This document shows positions 13,645 through 24,345 of a stretch of 64,000 nucleotides of DNA, one piece after another. Below the pieces are notes generated by a model. That model saw only the letters and a list, made by a program, of their open reading frames with translations, made no database searches and was not told the origin of the DNA. Position numbers and translations under genes: made by a program. Source of the stretch: Octopus vulgaris (lineage: Eukaryota); the NCBI GenBank assembly GCA_951406725.2, contig OX597832.1:11222001-11286000 (forward strand), read 5' to 3'. How positions within the stretch are numbered: the first letter of the stretch is position 1; the number at the start of each line of letters is the position of its first letter.

Positions 13645-14245
13645 GACGAGCTGGCAGAAATGTTAGCACGCCGGGCGAAATACTTTGTGGTATTTCGTCC
13701 ACCGCTGCGTTCTGAGTTCAAATTCCGCCGAGGTCGACTTTGCCTTTCATCCTTCCGGGGTCGATTAAATAAGTACGAGTTACGCACTGGGGTCGATGTA
13801 ATCGACTTAATCCGTTTGTCTGTCCTTGTTTGTTCCGTCTGTGTTTAGCCCCTTGTGGGTAGTAAAGAAATAGAAATAGGTATTTCGTATGCCGTTACAT
13901 TTTGAGTTCAAATTCCGCCGAGGTCGAGTTTGCCTTTCGGGGTCGATTAAATAAGTACCAGTTATGCACTCGGGTCGATATAATCGACTTAATCCGTTTG
14001 TCTGTCCTTGTTTTTTCCCTCTGTGATTAGCCCCTTGTGGGTAGTAAAGAAGTAGAAATAGGTATTTCGTCTGCCGTTACGTTCTGAGTTTAAATTCTGC
14101 CGAGGTTGACTATACCTTTCATCCTTTCGGGGTCGATTAATTAAGTACCAGTTACGCACTGGGGTCGATGTAATCGACTTAATCTGTTTGTCTCTCCTTA
14201 TTTGTCCCCCCTATGTTTAGCCCCTTGTGGGCAATAAAGAAATAA
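13645..14245 (+). mobile_element. Head-to-tail trimer of SINE family B (Meta-domain-like core)
   Basis: Three units starting at 13645, 13879 and 14061. Each has gagttcaaattccgccgaggtcgactttgcctttcatcctt.cggggtcgattaaataagtacc and ends gccccttgtgggtagtaaagaaata. The core resembles the MetaSINE domain as recalled. Confidence 0.9.
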
Positions 14246-15019
14246 GGAACATAATAGGACCAGTCCTTGATGGATCACCTATTTTCTATCTACTTTGACC
14301 GGCAATAAGAAAGACAGCCTCTACCAGATCATTCGATTCGGCATGATTACTGGAGAAATGTTTATCAAACTATATCATACAATCTTAAAATAAATCATAA
14401 GATCCTAGCTAATATAACCAATGAAACAGATAAAGATAACATGACAGGCTGGCGGCTGGAAGAGGAGGATCATATAACAGCTTGATCACACCTGATGTCA
14501 GTCTTAATAGCTTAAGATAGCAGTTAAGCAAAAGGTTGTACAGTGCGAAAGCTTAGATCTGATAATTTTTATTGCTGGTTTTATATGTGCTTCGACCCAT
14601 GAGAGTCAATTTTGTATTTTCTCCACTTGTGGAATTGATATTTTACGAACTTACAAACAAGAAATTAATGTATTCGTACATATACACTATACCTCGAATT
14701 TAGCATATTGAACATAGTCGTAAATGAGTATTACATGTTTGAGTTCCAATACTGTTGATTATTATTGCATTGGAAAGAAAATGTATTGCATTCGATGAAT
14801 TAATCAAAAAACAATTATCCTCTGGAAATTCAAAGTGATTTCGTTTTGAAAGTAATTTGAAAGAACATACACTATATATGGGCTAAAATAAAATGCGTCC
14901 TTTTAAAGCCTAGCCAGGCTCATGGGCCCGGTTTCAATGGCGTATGTGTTCCCCAGCTTGACGGGACACCAATCAATCGCAGATATATGGGTTAGACATG
15001 GAACAAAAATCCGAGGAGA

Positions 15020-15170
15020 AAGAATGGTTAGCACACCGAGAAAAATACTTAACGGCATTTAGTCCATCCTTACGTTCTGGCTTCAAATCTTGTCGAGGTT
15101 GACTTAACTGTCATCCTTTTGGGGTCGATAACATAGTACCAGCTGAGAACTGGAGCTGGTGTAATCAACG
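15020..15170 (+). mobile_element. Degenerate SINE family B
   Basis: ggttagcacaccgag...ttcaaatcttgtcgaggttgacttaactgtcatccttttggggtcgata. Confidence 0.65.
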
Positions 15171-15860
15171 CACTTGAGAACTCATATCTTGTCTGAAACA
15201 ACACTCATACGTTGAATCCAATATAATTTTAAAAATTGTTTGGTGAGTAGTGTAAACACAAACAACCGAAGAGGCTATAAATTATTGAAGTTAGTACATA
15301 AATTAAAATCATTATATATATAAAACGTAATTAGGAATGCATGATGCCATGGATTTTCCATATCTTTTTTGTTTAACAGCAATTCAGTTTCTTCTTATTT
15401 ATATTCATAAAATACTGACAGGTTTATTTGAAAACACGGAACAACATTCTTTTTCTCTAAATTTGCATGTTCTGCAATTACCTGTAATTATGTATTTTCT
15501 GTAATTATCTGCAATTAAATTTCCACGGCATCCTTTTATCAATATAGTTCTGAGTTAAACTTACCTATACATACGTAGGAATATATTTAATTGCACAGGT
15601 TCTTTCTAGATCACTATTTGAAATTTCCTAATCTGTTTCATTTTACTCAATCGTAATTCTATACACACATACGTAAATAATTACGAATTATATCAATCTC
15701 ATGCATGTTTGTTCCTCTATGTATATTATATAATTATTTCCTACCGCGGCATTAGTCTCATAATTAATTTATCTCAAACTACATGTAAGTTGTACGATAG
15801 AAAACTTATCGCTCTGAACAGTAATAGTAATATAACCTATACTAATATAGCCTATACAAT

Positions 15861-16170
15861 GTTGCTGCTGCTGAGACCCCCTTCGGTCATGACTGACCAT
15901 GGGATTGCACCCAGAAGACCCGCAGTCGCCCATGCATGCCGGTCTTCTCTCTCCACGCCATCAGTGTTATCCAAGGGATAAGGCAAAGGGACTGATACAG
16001 CTTGGCACCTGTGCCGTCGCAACTCATTTCTACAGCTGAGTGTACTGGAACTACGTGAAATAAAGTATCATGCTCATGAACACAATACGTAACCCGGTCC
16101 GGGATTCGAACTCACAAACTCGCGATCGTAAGCTCGACGCTCTAACCACTGAGCCATGCAACTTCACAAC
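15861..16170 (-). mobile_element. tRNA-derived SINE family D with RTE-like 3' tail
   Basis: Reverse strand: tggctcagtggttagagcgtcgagcttacgatcgcgag...gagttcgaatccc head, 3' end gggtgcaatcccatggtcagtcatgaccgaaggggg and (cag)n tail. The RTE partner is an inference. Confidence 0.75.
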
Positions 16171-17365
16171 TCATACAATACATTCAATTTATACAATAGA
16201 CTTTTTCTTTAATACATATCTTCAACTCATTATTATAGTACATGTTTCCTTCCAAATAATACACAATGTCAAAATCCATAAAATATAACATTATTGCATT
16301 TATCACACCATATTATCACACCATATTATCACGCATTTTATGCCTAAAACAGGGTTTGAGAATCACATGCTACCCATTGCGATGAAACATTTAAATGTTT
16401 CCTTCCTGGAAACATTTAATATATAGCTAAAAAATGCTATATTTGACGTTCCATCTCTCTCGTGAGTGTTAAAGGAACAAGTTGTCTTTAACGCAAATGT
16501 CACGACAAATATGACGGATAAATATACTACTCGAAATACCGTGTATCATATACATTTAGTTACAGCTGCGAATAAATATTGTAAGACGTTAATATTTACG
16601 TAGGAGTTACTGAAAAGAAATTCTGTCGCGCTTATACGTATAAGCTGAATAATGTGTACTTCATGAATTATTTATTATGGAATGAAATTAATGATATCAT
16701 TTAGAGGAAAGCTATCTGAGCGAATGACCTGCAAAACCCTTATGAGTCGTGAGAGTACTTGTGGACAGTATCTTCATACTGAGAACCATAGTGAATTTTA
16801 GCAACAATCCGAAATCTGTTAAAGGTAAGCAATACTCAAGATTGTGGTGATACGCTAAGCGATATATATATATATATATATATATATTTTCCGTATATCA
16901 CTGGCGAATAAGTTTTCCATCCACTTGAAAGTGATGTGATCCTACACAGCTTCTATTTAATGGTTTCACTCAGTTTTAGTAGGCCTGACGTTAAGGCAAT
17001 AGAAACAGTTATACAAGATTTCTACACAATAAAAATTCATGAGCGAGATCCTTAACAATAGAAGCATCCTAGTTACCAGACACAATGTTTCGTGACCCAG
17101 TTTTTTTTAGCTGTTCTAGACTGGAACTATTATCTTCATCCTCAACAACGTTCTGTTGATACATTTTGTATAAGGTCGAACACTTATTATTCTGGGAGTT
17201 TCACGAATAGCCGCAGGTGTTTTCCAATATTCTATATCAAGATATAAGACGCGCTGAATCTTTACCATCATTATAAATTTCTTTTCGTAGCAGTTGTTTT
17301 AGTAATTGCTATTTGCGTTAGCACGCACACACATGCGTACATATATATATACACATATATATAAA

Positions 17366-17594
17366 GCGGCGAGCTGGCAGTAACGTTAGCACGCCGGGCG
17401 AAATGCGTAGCCGTATTTCGTCTGCCGTTACGTTCTGAGTTCAAATTCCACCGAGGTCGACTTTGCCTTTCATCCTTCCGAGGTCGATTAAATAAGTACC
17501 AGTTACGCACTGGGGTCGATATAATCGACTTAATCCGTTTGTCTGTCCTTGTTTGTCCTCTCTGTGTTTAGCCCCTTGTGGGTAGTAAAGAAAT
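17366..17594 (+). mobile_element. SINE family B, full-length monomer
   Basis: gcggcgagctggcagtaacgttagcacgccgggcg head, B-box gagttcaaattcc, Meta-like core and the same 3' end as the trimer units. Confidence 0.9.
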
Positions 17595-17654
17595 ATGTAT
17601 ATACACATATATGCAAAAATGTGTGCATACTGGTATACCATATGTATGTGTATC

Positions 17655-17665
17655 AATAATACAAC

Positions 17666-17698
<33 letters not shown>

Positions 17699-17735
17699 GA
17701 TGATGATAATAATAATAACGATGATGATAATAATT
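17655..17735. repeat. (AAT)n/(GAT)n microsatellite
   Basis: Direct inspection. Confidence 0.9.
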
Positions 17736-18002
17736 AATGGAGGAAAGTGAAGATAGATTTGGCACTAGTTTTTATTCTGTACGACGATCGTCTGTACTCA
17801 TCCTACAACTGGCCATTATGCGTAGGATTTTATGCATCTAACTGTGTTGCACCAATCCGTGGAGTTTGTGTCACATCAAGTACATGCATAAAGAAGATGT
17901 CCTGATAGTGACACTGAGATGCCCTAGGCATGTTGCTCGTGCCTGCTGTATCTTGGTTATAGCCGCTTACATTTGTCCATACACACACACACATACACAC
18001 GC

Positions 18003-18033
<31 letters not shown>

Positions 18034-18047
18034 CATGCATACGTACA

Positions 18048-18252
18048 TGTGACCTCTTCTGTATCGTTGGCGATTTTTTTTCCTCTGTCTTCTCTTCTCT
18101 AGATCTTTCCTTCTCCTATGTTTCCGACGATGAGCTCCGCTCGAAACGTTAAACCCTCCTTCTTTCCTTCTTTCTTGAGCGTCCAATAATACTATATTTG
18201 TTCCACGTCCTCGCGTTGTTGTGTTTTTTTATGCTTTCTTGTTTGGATTAAC
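18048..18252 (+). mobile_element. Probable PLE terminal-repeat fragment with degenerate hammerhead motif
   Basis: gttt-CCGACGA-t-gagc tcc gctc-GAAA-cgtt-aaac at 18120-18154. Flanked by TA-rich microsatellites. The same 3' end (ttttcttgtttggattaacta) recurs near 61191-61224. Confidence 0.6.
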
Positions 18253-18283
<31 letters not shown>

Positions 18284-18764
18284 ATGCATGAGTTAGTGGA
18301 AGGACGGATTTTGACACATAATTTGCAGTTGGTTCACATATCTATGCATTTCAGTTCTATGTCGACACTCCTCCACAATCTGCAGTTATTTCCTAGACTC
18401 CTTCATTTTATTATTAGACTTAATTCTACCCAGTTAGGATGAATCATTGTAAATGCTATTAATGCAACCAGCGCATTAGTTATTTTACTCTGAAGCTATT
18501 TGGAAGAACATATTTACAAAATGTCTTCTGTGCGAATGGATTTTTGATGTTGTTGTTTATCCAAATAGCATTTCACGCTGAGTAAACTTGCTATCCGACT
18601 GTGGCAATTCCATCTTAAACTGTGATATGTTTGCTCTAGAAAAAGACAATTGAAAAAAGAATAAGTAGTGTCTATTTGCAAATTCCAGCTGAGGAAGTGC
18701 TTGCTGGCCATCTCGTTTATTGGAGAGTAAGAAAGCGTAAAGATGAGTTTCACACAAATTTGTA

Positions 18765-19149
18765 TCTCTCTCTATATAAACGGCAGTTTGTCTGTGCGTG
18801 TTTCTGTGTGTCTGTTTGCTTGTACCCTTACCCTGACCACGGCTTTCAACCGATTCTGATGAAACTTGACACACACATAGCCTAATGTCATAATTCAAAA
18901 CTAACGCAGCGAATATTTTGAAAAGTTCCCCCAGTTCTGAAAAAAATCGATAAATTCGACATGGGGTCGAGAATCACAAACACAAACCACAAACTGTCTA
19001 GGGGACGCAACTCCACCTTTTTTAACTTTAAAAAAAAATTTACCATAATTTTTTTCCATTTTTTTTGCTATATTTTGGCTATAACTCTCTAAAAATGCTT
19101 TATAGTTATTTCCCTTACAAACCTGAGCAACGCCGGGCGATACTGCTAG
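18765..19149 (+). mobile_element. Non-autonomous Helitron, copy 2
   Basis: a|TCTCTCTCTATATAAA...cctgagcaacgccgggcgatactgCTAG|t. Reverse complement of 3714-4097. Confidence 0.87.
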
Positions 19150-19362
19150 TATTCATATAACATTAGTCTATGGATGATTTGTCAACATTATCATTAAAGA
19201 ACATAGAACAGGGGATGGCAGAATTTGTAGAGGCGTGGAGAATATACCTCGCAATAGAGTTATATATAATTGACATACAACATACATATGTACACATATA
19301 ATAATATATAACAATGTCGACGTATGTCTTTTATCCTTCTAGGATGATCAAACCTTCTTGTG

Positions 19363-19417
19363 GGTAGGATTCCTGGCTTTCACCCAGGTGGCCCGGGTTC
19401 GATTCCGGGCATGGGAA
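19363..19417 (+). pseudogene. 5'-truncated tRNA-Glu(TTC) sequence embedded in a composite SINE
   Basis: ggtaggattcctggctTTCacccaggtggcccgggttcgattccgggcatgggaa: anticodon arm cctgg/ccagg with TTC at 19379-19381, T-arm and 3' acceptor strand. The 5' acceptor strand and most of the D-arm are missing. Confidence 0.8.
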
Positions 19418-20136
19418 CGGCGTTACTAATGGCAGTGCATCAGCATGGCCGCAGCTCTGAGATGAAACTACAGAAAAAAATAAATAAAGTCACTTTACTC
19501 AGCCATACTCTCCACCCTTATATATGATAGTTTATATTTGTATTTATAACGATTAGTGATGTTAAAATGAAAGGGCTTTATGCTTTGCCTTCGCACGATA
19601 TCGGTATCCTGCGTGTGTAACAGTTATAATTTTTTTAATTCAAAAGTAGTAATGAACGGCTACAAAAGAAAATATCTTCAGTGACACAATTTCTGGGAGT
19701 TGGCTATGTAATGTTTGTTGAATCTCGTCCTTACATTTCGCTTTAAATTTTATCGATTAACTAATAATAAACTGGCGGAGTGAATGTTCAAATACCTATT
19801 TGTGTTATCTAAATATCCTGGATTTTTTACCCATCATAGATCTCATTATGTTAGTGATTGAAACGAGTTTAAAAGTAACATAGTGAAACTGGAAAGCACT
19901 AGTGGACCTGGTCGGCACTGCACTTGATTACTTTTCTAGAACCACTAACCAGGGATCACCCCTTCCCCATAAAGCAAGGCCAAGAAGCACAGCGAGCAAG
20001 TTCTTCTGCTGGTTGTTGTAGCGTCTAAATTTCGGCCGTCGTATACGACGGCTTTATGTAGATATACGCCATTCGGTAACTCTCTCGGGATCTCGAAACG
20101 AACTGTTTATTATAACTTCCGTTGTAGTTTACTCAC

Positions 20137-20246
20137 ACTCAGTTATTTCATTCGTTATTCTGCTTCTGCTACTGTAAGTGATCTCTGTCTGCTTTAACAG
20201 TGTTTAACACTTAACACTGACTCCATTCTTGAGATAATGGTCATAT
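20137..20246 (-). other. Candidate exon carrying the stop codon (ATA TGA) and 3' UTR of the minus-strand gene
   Basis: Preceded by a 100-nt GTAAGT...cctaac...tttttgtAG intron (20346-20247). Followed by GTGAGT at 20136-20131. Confidence 0.4.
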
Positions 20247-20346
20247 CTACAAAAATATTGTCACGTTACAAAGTTAGGTGTTGAAAATTAACAGTTTGAA
20301 ATTTAATTTATAAATGTTTGTACACACAGTGCTTTCAAATACTTAC

Positions 20347-20628
20347 AGCTGTTTCCATGAGCTTTGTGGACGTCTCAACATTATATGCATTGCCACAGAC
20401 GTCAGAGATGTAATTGACAATGTTCCTCATTATTTCTCCTGTTTGGAGCTTTGTACGGTAGGAATCTCCTCGAAAGCGGAGACCTGCTTTTGAATCATGT
20501 TTTAATGTTGCATGGACCACTATTTCGACATACTTATAACGAGAGTCACATTGGGTGAGGAAGAAACCGTAGCTTTTGACTGAGATGTCCACGCTTAATA
20601 TGTTTTTTTGGAAGGTTATGCTAAGCTT
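20347..20628 (-). CDS. Probable coding exon (282 nt, phase 0-0) of an uncharacterised protein
   Basis: Acceptor ctaacaacttctctAG and donor GTAAGT. One open frame of 94 non-repetitive codons: KLSITFQKNILSVDISVKSYGFFLTQCDSRYKYVEIVVHATLKHDSKAGLRFRGDSYRTKLQTGEIMRNIVNYISDVCGNAYNVETSTKLMETA. Confidence 0.6.
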
Positions 20629-21200
20629 CTAGAGAAGTTGTTAGTCTGAACATTATGTAACCTAAGCATGTCTTGTCTGGTGGACAAATGTATTTTGAAT
20701 AATGTTGTAGGTCGCGATGTATTCCTTTATTCATGATACGTGAATGGTGCGAATTACATTTCAAGTTTTATAAATGAGGGCATACGATATACGGATATTA
20801 TGAAACAACATTCTGTTCGATGTATGCATAGTTGTAATGATGATCTGTTCATATTTACGTTTCCTCCGCGAAAGAAACGACATTTTAACCATGCAGCGCA
20901 TAATAGACAGCATAATGTTGATTCATGACATTTGCGTAAACTCATTTACGGGACAATGCTTGTAATGTGATTTTTTTTTACATTGATAAATTTTGGAGAT
21001 ATGAATTGCCCTCGGCCTAGAAAACCTACCGTGCTATATAAATGTAAATCAGAGACATGCTAACAAGTGATTATTAAATTTAGAATATTTTAGACGAGCA
21101 TAAACTTTCAAATGAATATAATGCATAGACATGTTATTCATTCCTTCTGATCTATAATATTTGTAATTTTGAATTCAGAAGTCCTTTTTTTTTTTTTTAC

Positions 21201-21256
21201 CGTAAAATTACGGTACAAGTAATGCATTACTCTTTGTCTCGTCAGTCCCATATCAC
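21201..21256 (-). CDS. Probable coding exon (56 nt, phase 1-0), same gene
   Basis: Acceptor gttttaatattcAG and donor GTAAAA. Encodes (G)DMGLTRQRVMHYLYRNFT and splices in frame to 20628. Confidence 0.5.
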
Positions 21257-21738
21257 CTGAATATTAAAACTGTTTACAAATACAATGTATTGAAAAGAGA
21301 TATATACATTTGAAGAATGTCAAAAACAGAAAACCAAATAGAGATAATGGTCGGAAAAAGTGAAAGACATAGAGTCGAAATAATCTCCCAATATAAAGGA
21401 AATATTTGTGTTAAACATATCCGATCACGAAGATACAAATATATCCTTTATTCATGTTCGAGATTATTACCAAAAGAATAAAGCATAAAATTCGTGTTTC
21501 TACTGGCTGTGAAATATTACTTTTTAAATTTGGCAGCAGAACACCTACAGATTCTTCTATTGAACATTCAACGAATGCCCTCTGCTTTCCGATTCATACA
21601 TTTCATTTTTCGGTATTATTTTTCGATAGATATTCTAGAAGAAAATAAAACTGCCGCTAGGCGTACAGAAAGAAGATGAACTAAAAGATTTGCAAGAATA
21701 CACATAATAGTCAATAATCTTGTGTTTCAACTGTGTTA

Positions 21739-21780
21739 GAATATATATATATATATATATACATATGTATTCTAAAATAG

Positions 21781-21827
<47 letters not shown>

Positions 21828-21890
21828 TATTCTAAAATAGTTGAATATATATATATATATACATACATACATACATACATATATATATAT
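21739..21890. repeat. Tandem duplication of (TA)n-tattctaaaatagttgaa unit
   Basis: tattctaaaatagttgaatatat occurs twice about 60 bp apart. Confidence 0.85.
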
Positions 21891-22199
21891 TCACATCCAC
21901 ACACATATAAATATATTTTCACATTCTACACGTCTAAGCACACGCACGCAAACACACACATACACACATATATGCTCCGTATCTACATACATACCTATAG
22001 TTATATGTGTATTTTTGTCTGTACAAGTGGAGATATGCTGCTACAGTAGATCTTAGCGTAATTACGTAGTTCACATTTACAAAAAATATTCGTAAATCTA
22101 TATATTTCTCTACCATTGAAAATTATATTGAAATAGTATTTAAGCATATGCTTCATTATGCACTATATTTATATATTCATTGATGTATATATACATGTG

Positions 22200-22244
<45 letters not shown>

Positions 22245-22395
22245 ACGTATGTGTGTGCTTGTGTGTGCATGTGGGTGTGCGCGCGCGCGTGTAATTTGCA
22301 TATTGTATAAAGTCTGGGGTTTTGCTTTGAGGCATATTCTATAAAATGGTTATTTTTATGAATGCTGTGCATTAAAATACGACTAGAAGAATCGG

Positions 22396-22433
<38 letters not shown>

Positions 22434-22542
22434 TTTATACATATAATTCCACAAATGTCAATTACACACACATATACATGTTATACATATATACACATAT
22501 ATTCATATAGATATGATTTTATATATATATATTCATTTATAC

Positions 22543-22580
<38 letters not shown>

Positions 22581-22582
22581 TC

Positions 22583-22615
<33 letters not shown>

Positions 22616-22648
22616 TAGCTGTGCTTGTGTATACGTGTGCGACTCGAT

Positions 22649-23578
22649 CAGTATGTAAGAGTATGGCGTATTTAGAAACAGTATATCTCATTTGCAAATG
22701 CCTGAATGGAGTATTTTATTTTTATTTCTAGAGAGACAAAAAGAAATTATGATTATGTAGAAATATTTTGCCATTTTATATTTTTGCAATCCTGTATATT
22801 CATGCCTGTAATGTTGTTATTGAAGTTGCAGTTTTGGGTAATTCTAATAGAAAGTTGTGATCTTATTGAAATATTAATAGTAATAGTAATTTACTCTGAA
22901 TAATATACCAATGCAATGAATAACTAAATGAGATATTTTTTCATTGCCGTATACTTCAATTTATTTACTTGCACATAGTAGCATATGTGCACACACATAA
23001 ACAGAGACAGGAACGCTCACATATACGAATATTTTAAGTATTTATACTTTTTCCTTCATATACGTACATGTACATATATTTATATGTATATATATAGATA
23101 GATAGATAGATAGATATAAATATATATATTTATATATATATAGATAGATATATAGATATAAATATATATATTTATATATATATATAGATAGATAGATATA
23201 GATATAAATATATATATTTATAGATATATAGATAGATAGATATAGATATAAATATAAATATTTATATATATATAGATACATAGATATAGATGTAAATATA
23301 TATATTTATATATATATATATATAGATAGATAGATATAGATAGATATATAGATATAGATAGATATAGATAGATAGATATAGATATAGATATAGATATAGA
23401 TAGATATATAGATATATAGATAGATAGATAGATACATACATAGATATATATGTATTTATATATATAGAGAGAGAGAGATAAATATATATATATGCGTGTG
23501 TGTGTGTGTGTATATGTTCGCAAACGCAGAATAATACTAATAATACTGTTTCCAAATACGCCATACTCTTACATACTG
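22649..23578. repeat. 36-bp inverted repeat pair enclosing about 860 bp including a (TAGATA)n satellite
   Basis: cagtatgtaagagtatggcgtatttagaaacagtat (22649-22684) versus atactgtttccaaatacgccatactcttacatactg (23543-23578), one mismatch. Confidence 0.85.
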
Positions 23579-23693
23579 CCTGAGCAGTTTAAGCTACCCC
23601 TGTTTTGCTGAAAAAAGTATTTGGCCACCGAGTCTCATAGCCGGCCGCCAACACTTTTTTCTGCAAAATAAGGGTAGCTTATCCTGTTCAGGC
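23578..23693. repeat. Imperfect fold-back palindrome (about 50-bp stem); possible MITE or hairpin RNA
   Basis: gcctgagcagtttaagctacccctgttttgctgaaaaaagtatttggc pairs with gccaacacttttttctgcaaaataagggtagcttatcctgttcaggc. Confidence 0.75.
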
Positions 23694-24139
23694 TATATTA
23701 TTTACATTTTCCAGCGTTTGAGAATTTAAATCACTTCTTTGACTTTCTAAGACATCTCAACGCTTCTAAAGCAAACTTAGTTTGTTTGTTTACGTTCAGC
23801 ATAATTTGAATTTATATTTATGTATGTGAATATATGTATGTATGTATAAGAGAGTGCTCGCGTTGTCATCATCTACAAACTGGGGGGTACTAGCTACGAA
23901 CGAATTGGAATATTTATTACACAACAGGTATACCAAGGAGATAGTTGTAGGTCAGTCAATTAATCCTGAAATTTTCAGAAACTATACATTACATATTGCC
24001 GTATGTAGTTCTAATCGCACACAAATAAAAGTTTTACACAAATGCAGTTACTTTTTCCTCGGCTCTTACTGGTTTGATTTTGATCTAAACATGTATTTTA
24101 ACAAGATTTTCTGTTGTAATATTTTTGTATAAAAATTTG

Positions 24140-24345
24140 CTGGCACAAGGCCAGCAAATTCGTGAAGAGAATGAGTCGATTACATCGACGCCAGCGTTCA
24201 ACAGGTATTTATTAAGTCAACCCCGAAGTGATGAGTGACAAAATTTGACCGGGGAAGAATTTGAACTTTGAACATAAAGACGGACGATAGCGTTTCGCCC
24301 GGTATTTTGCCCAGCGTGCTAACCATTCTTCCAGCTCACCGACTT
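24140..24345 (-). mobile_element. Degenerate SINE family B relative
   Basis: Ends cgtgctaaccattcttccagctcaccg (reverse complement of the head). B-box gaatttgaact. Confidence 0.7.

Noticed and set aside
13645-14245. CRISPR-like or regulatory repeat array
   Set aside because: Units are about 180-bp SINE bodies without unique spacers; eukaryotic context with no cas genes.
19363-19417. Functional tRNA-Glu gene
   Set aside because: 5' acceptor strand and A-box/D-arm absent, no oligo-T terminator directly downstream, embedded in SINE parts.
21545-21634. Minus-strand exon after a strong acceptor near 21635
   Set aside because: No donor gives the phase needed to join the 21256 exon, and the frames hit stops.
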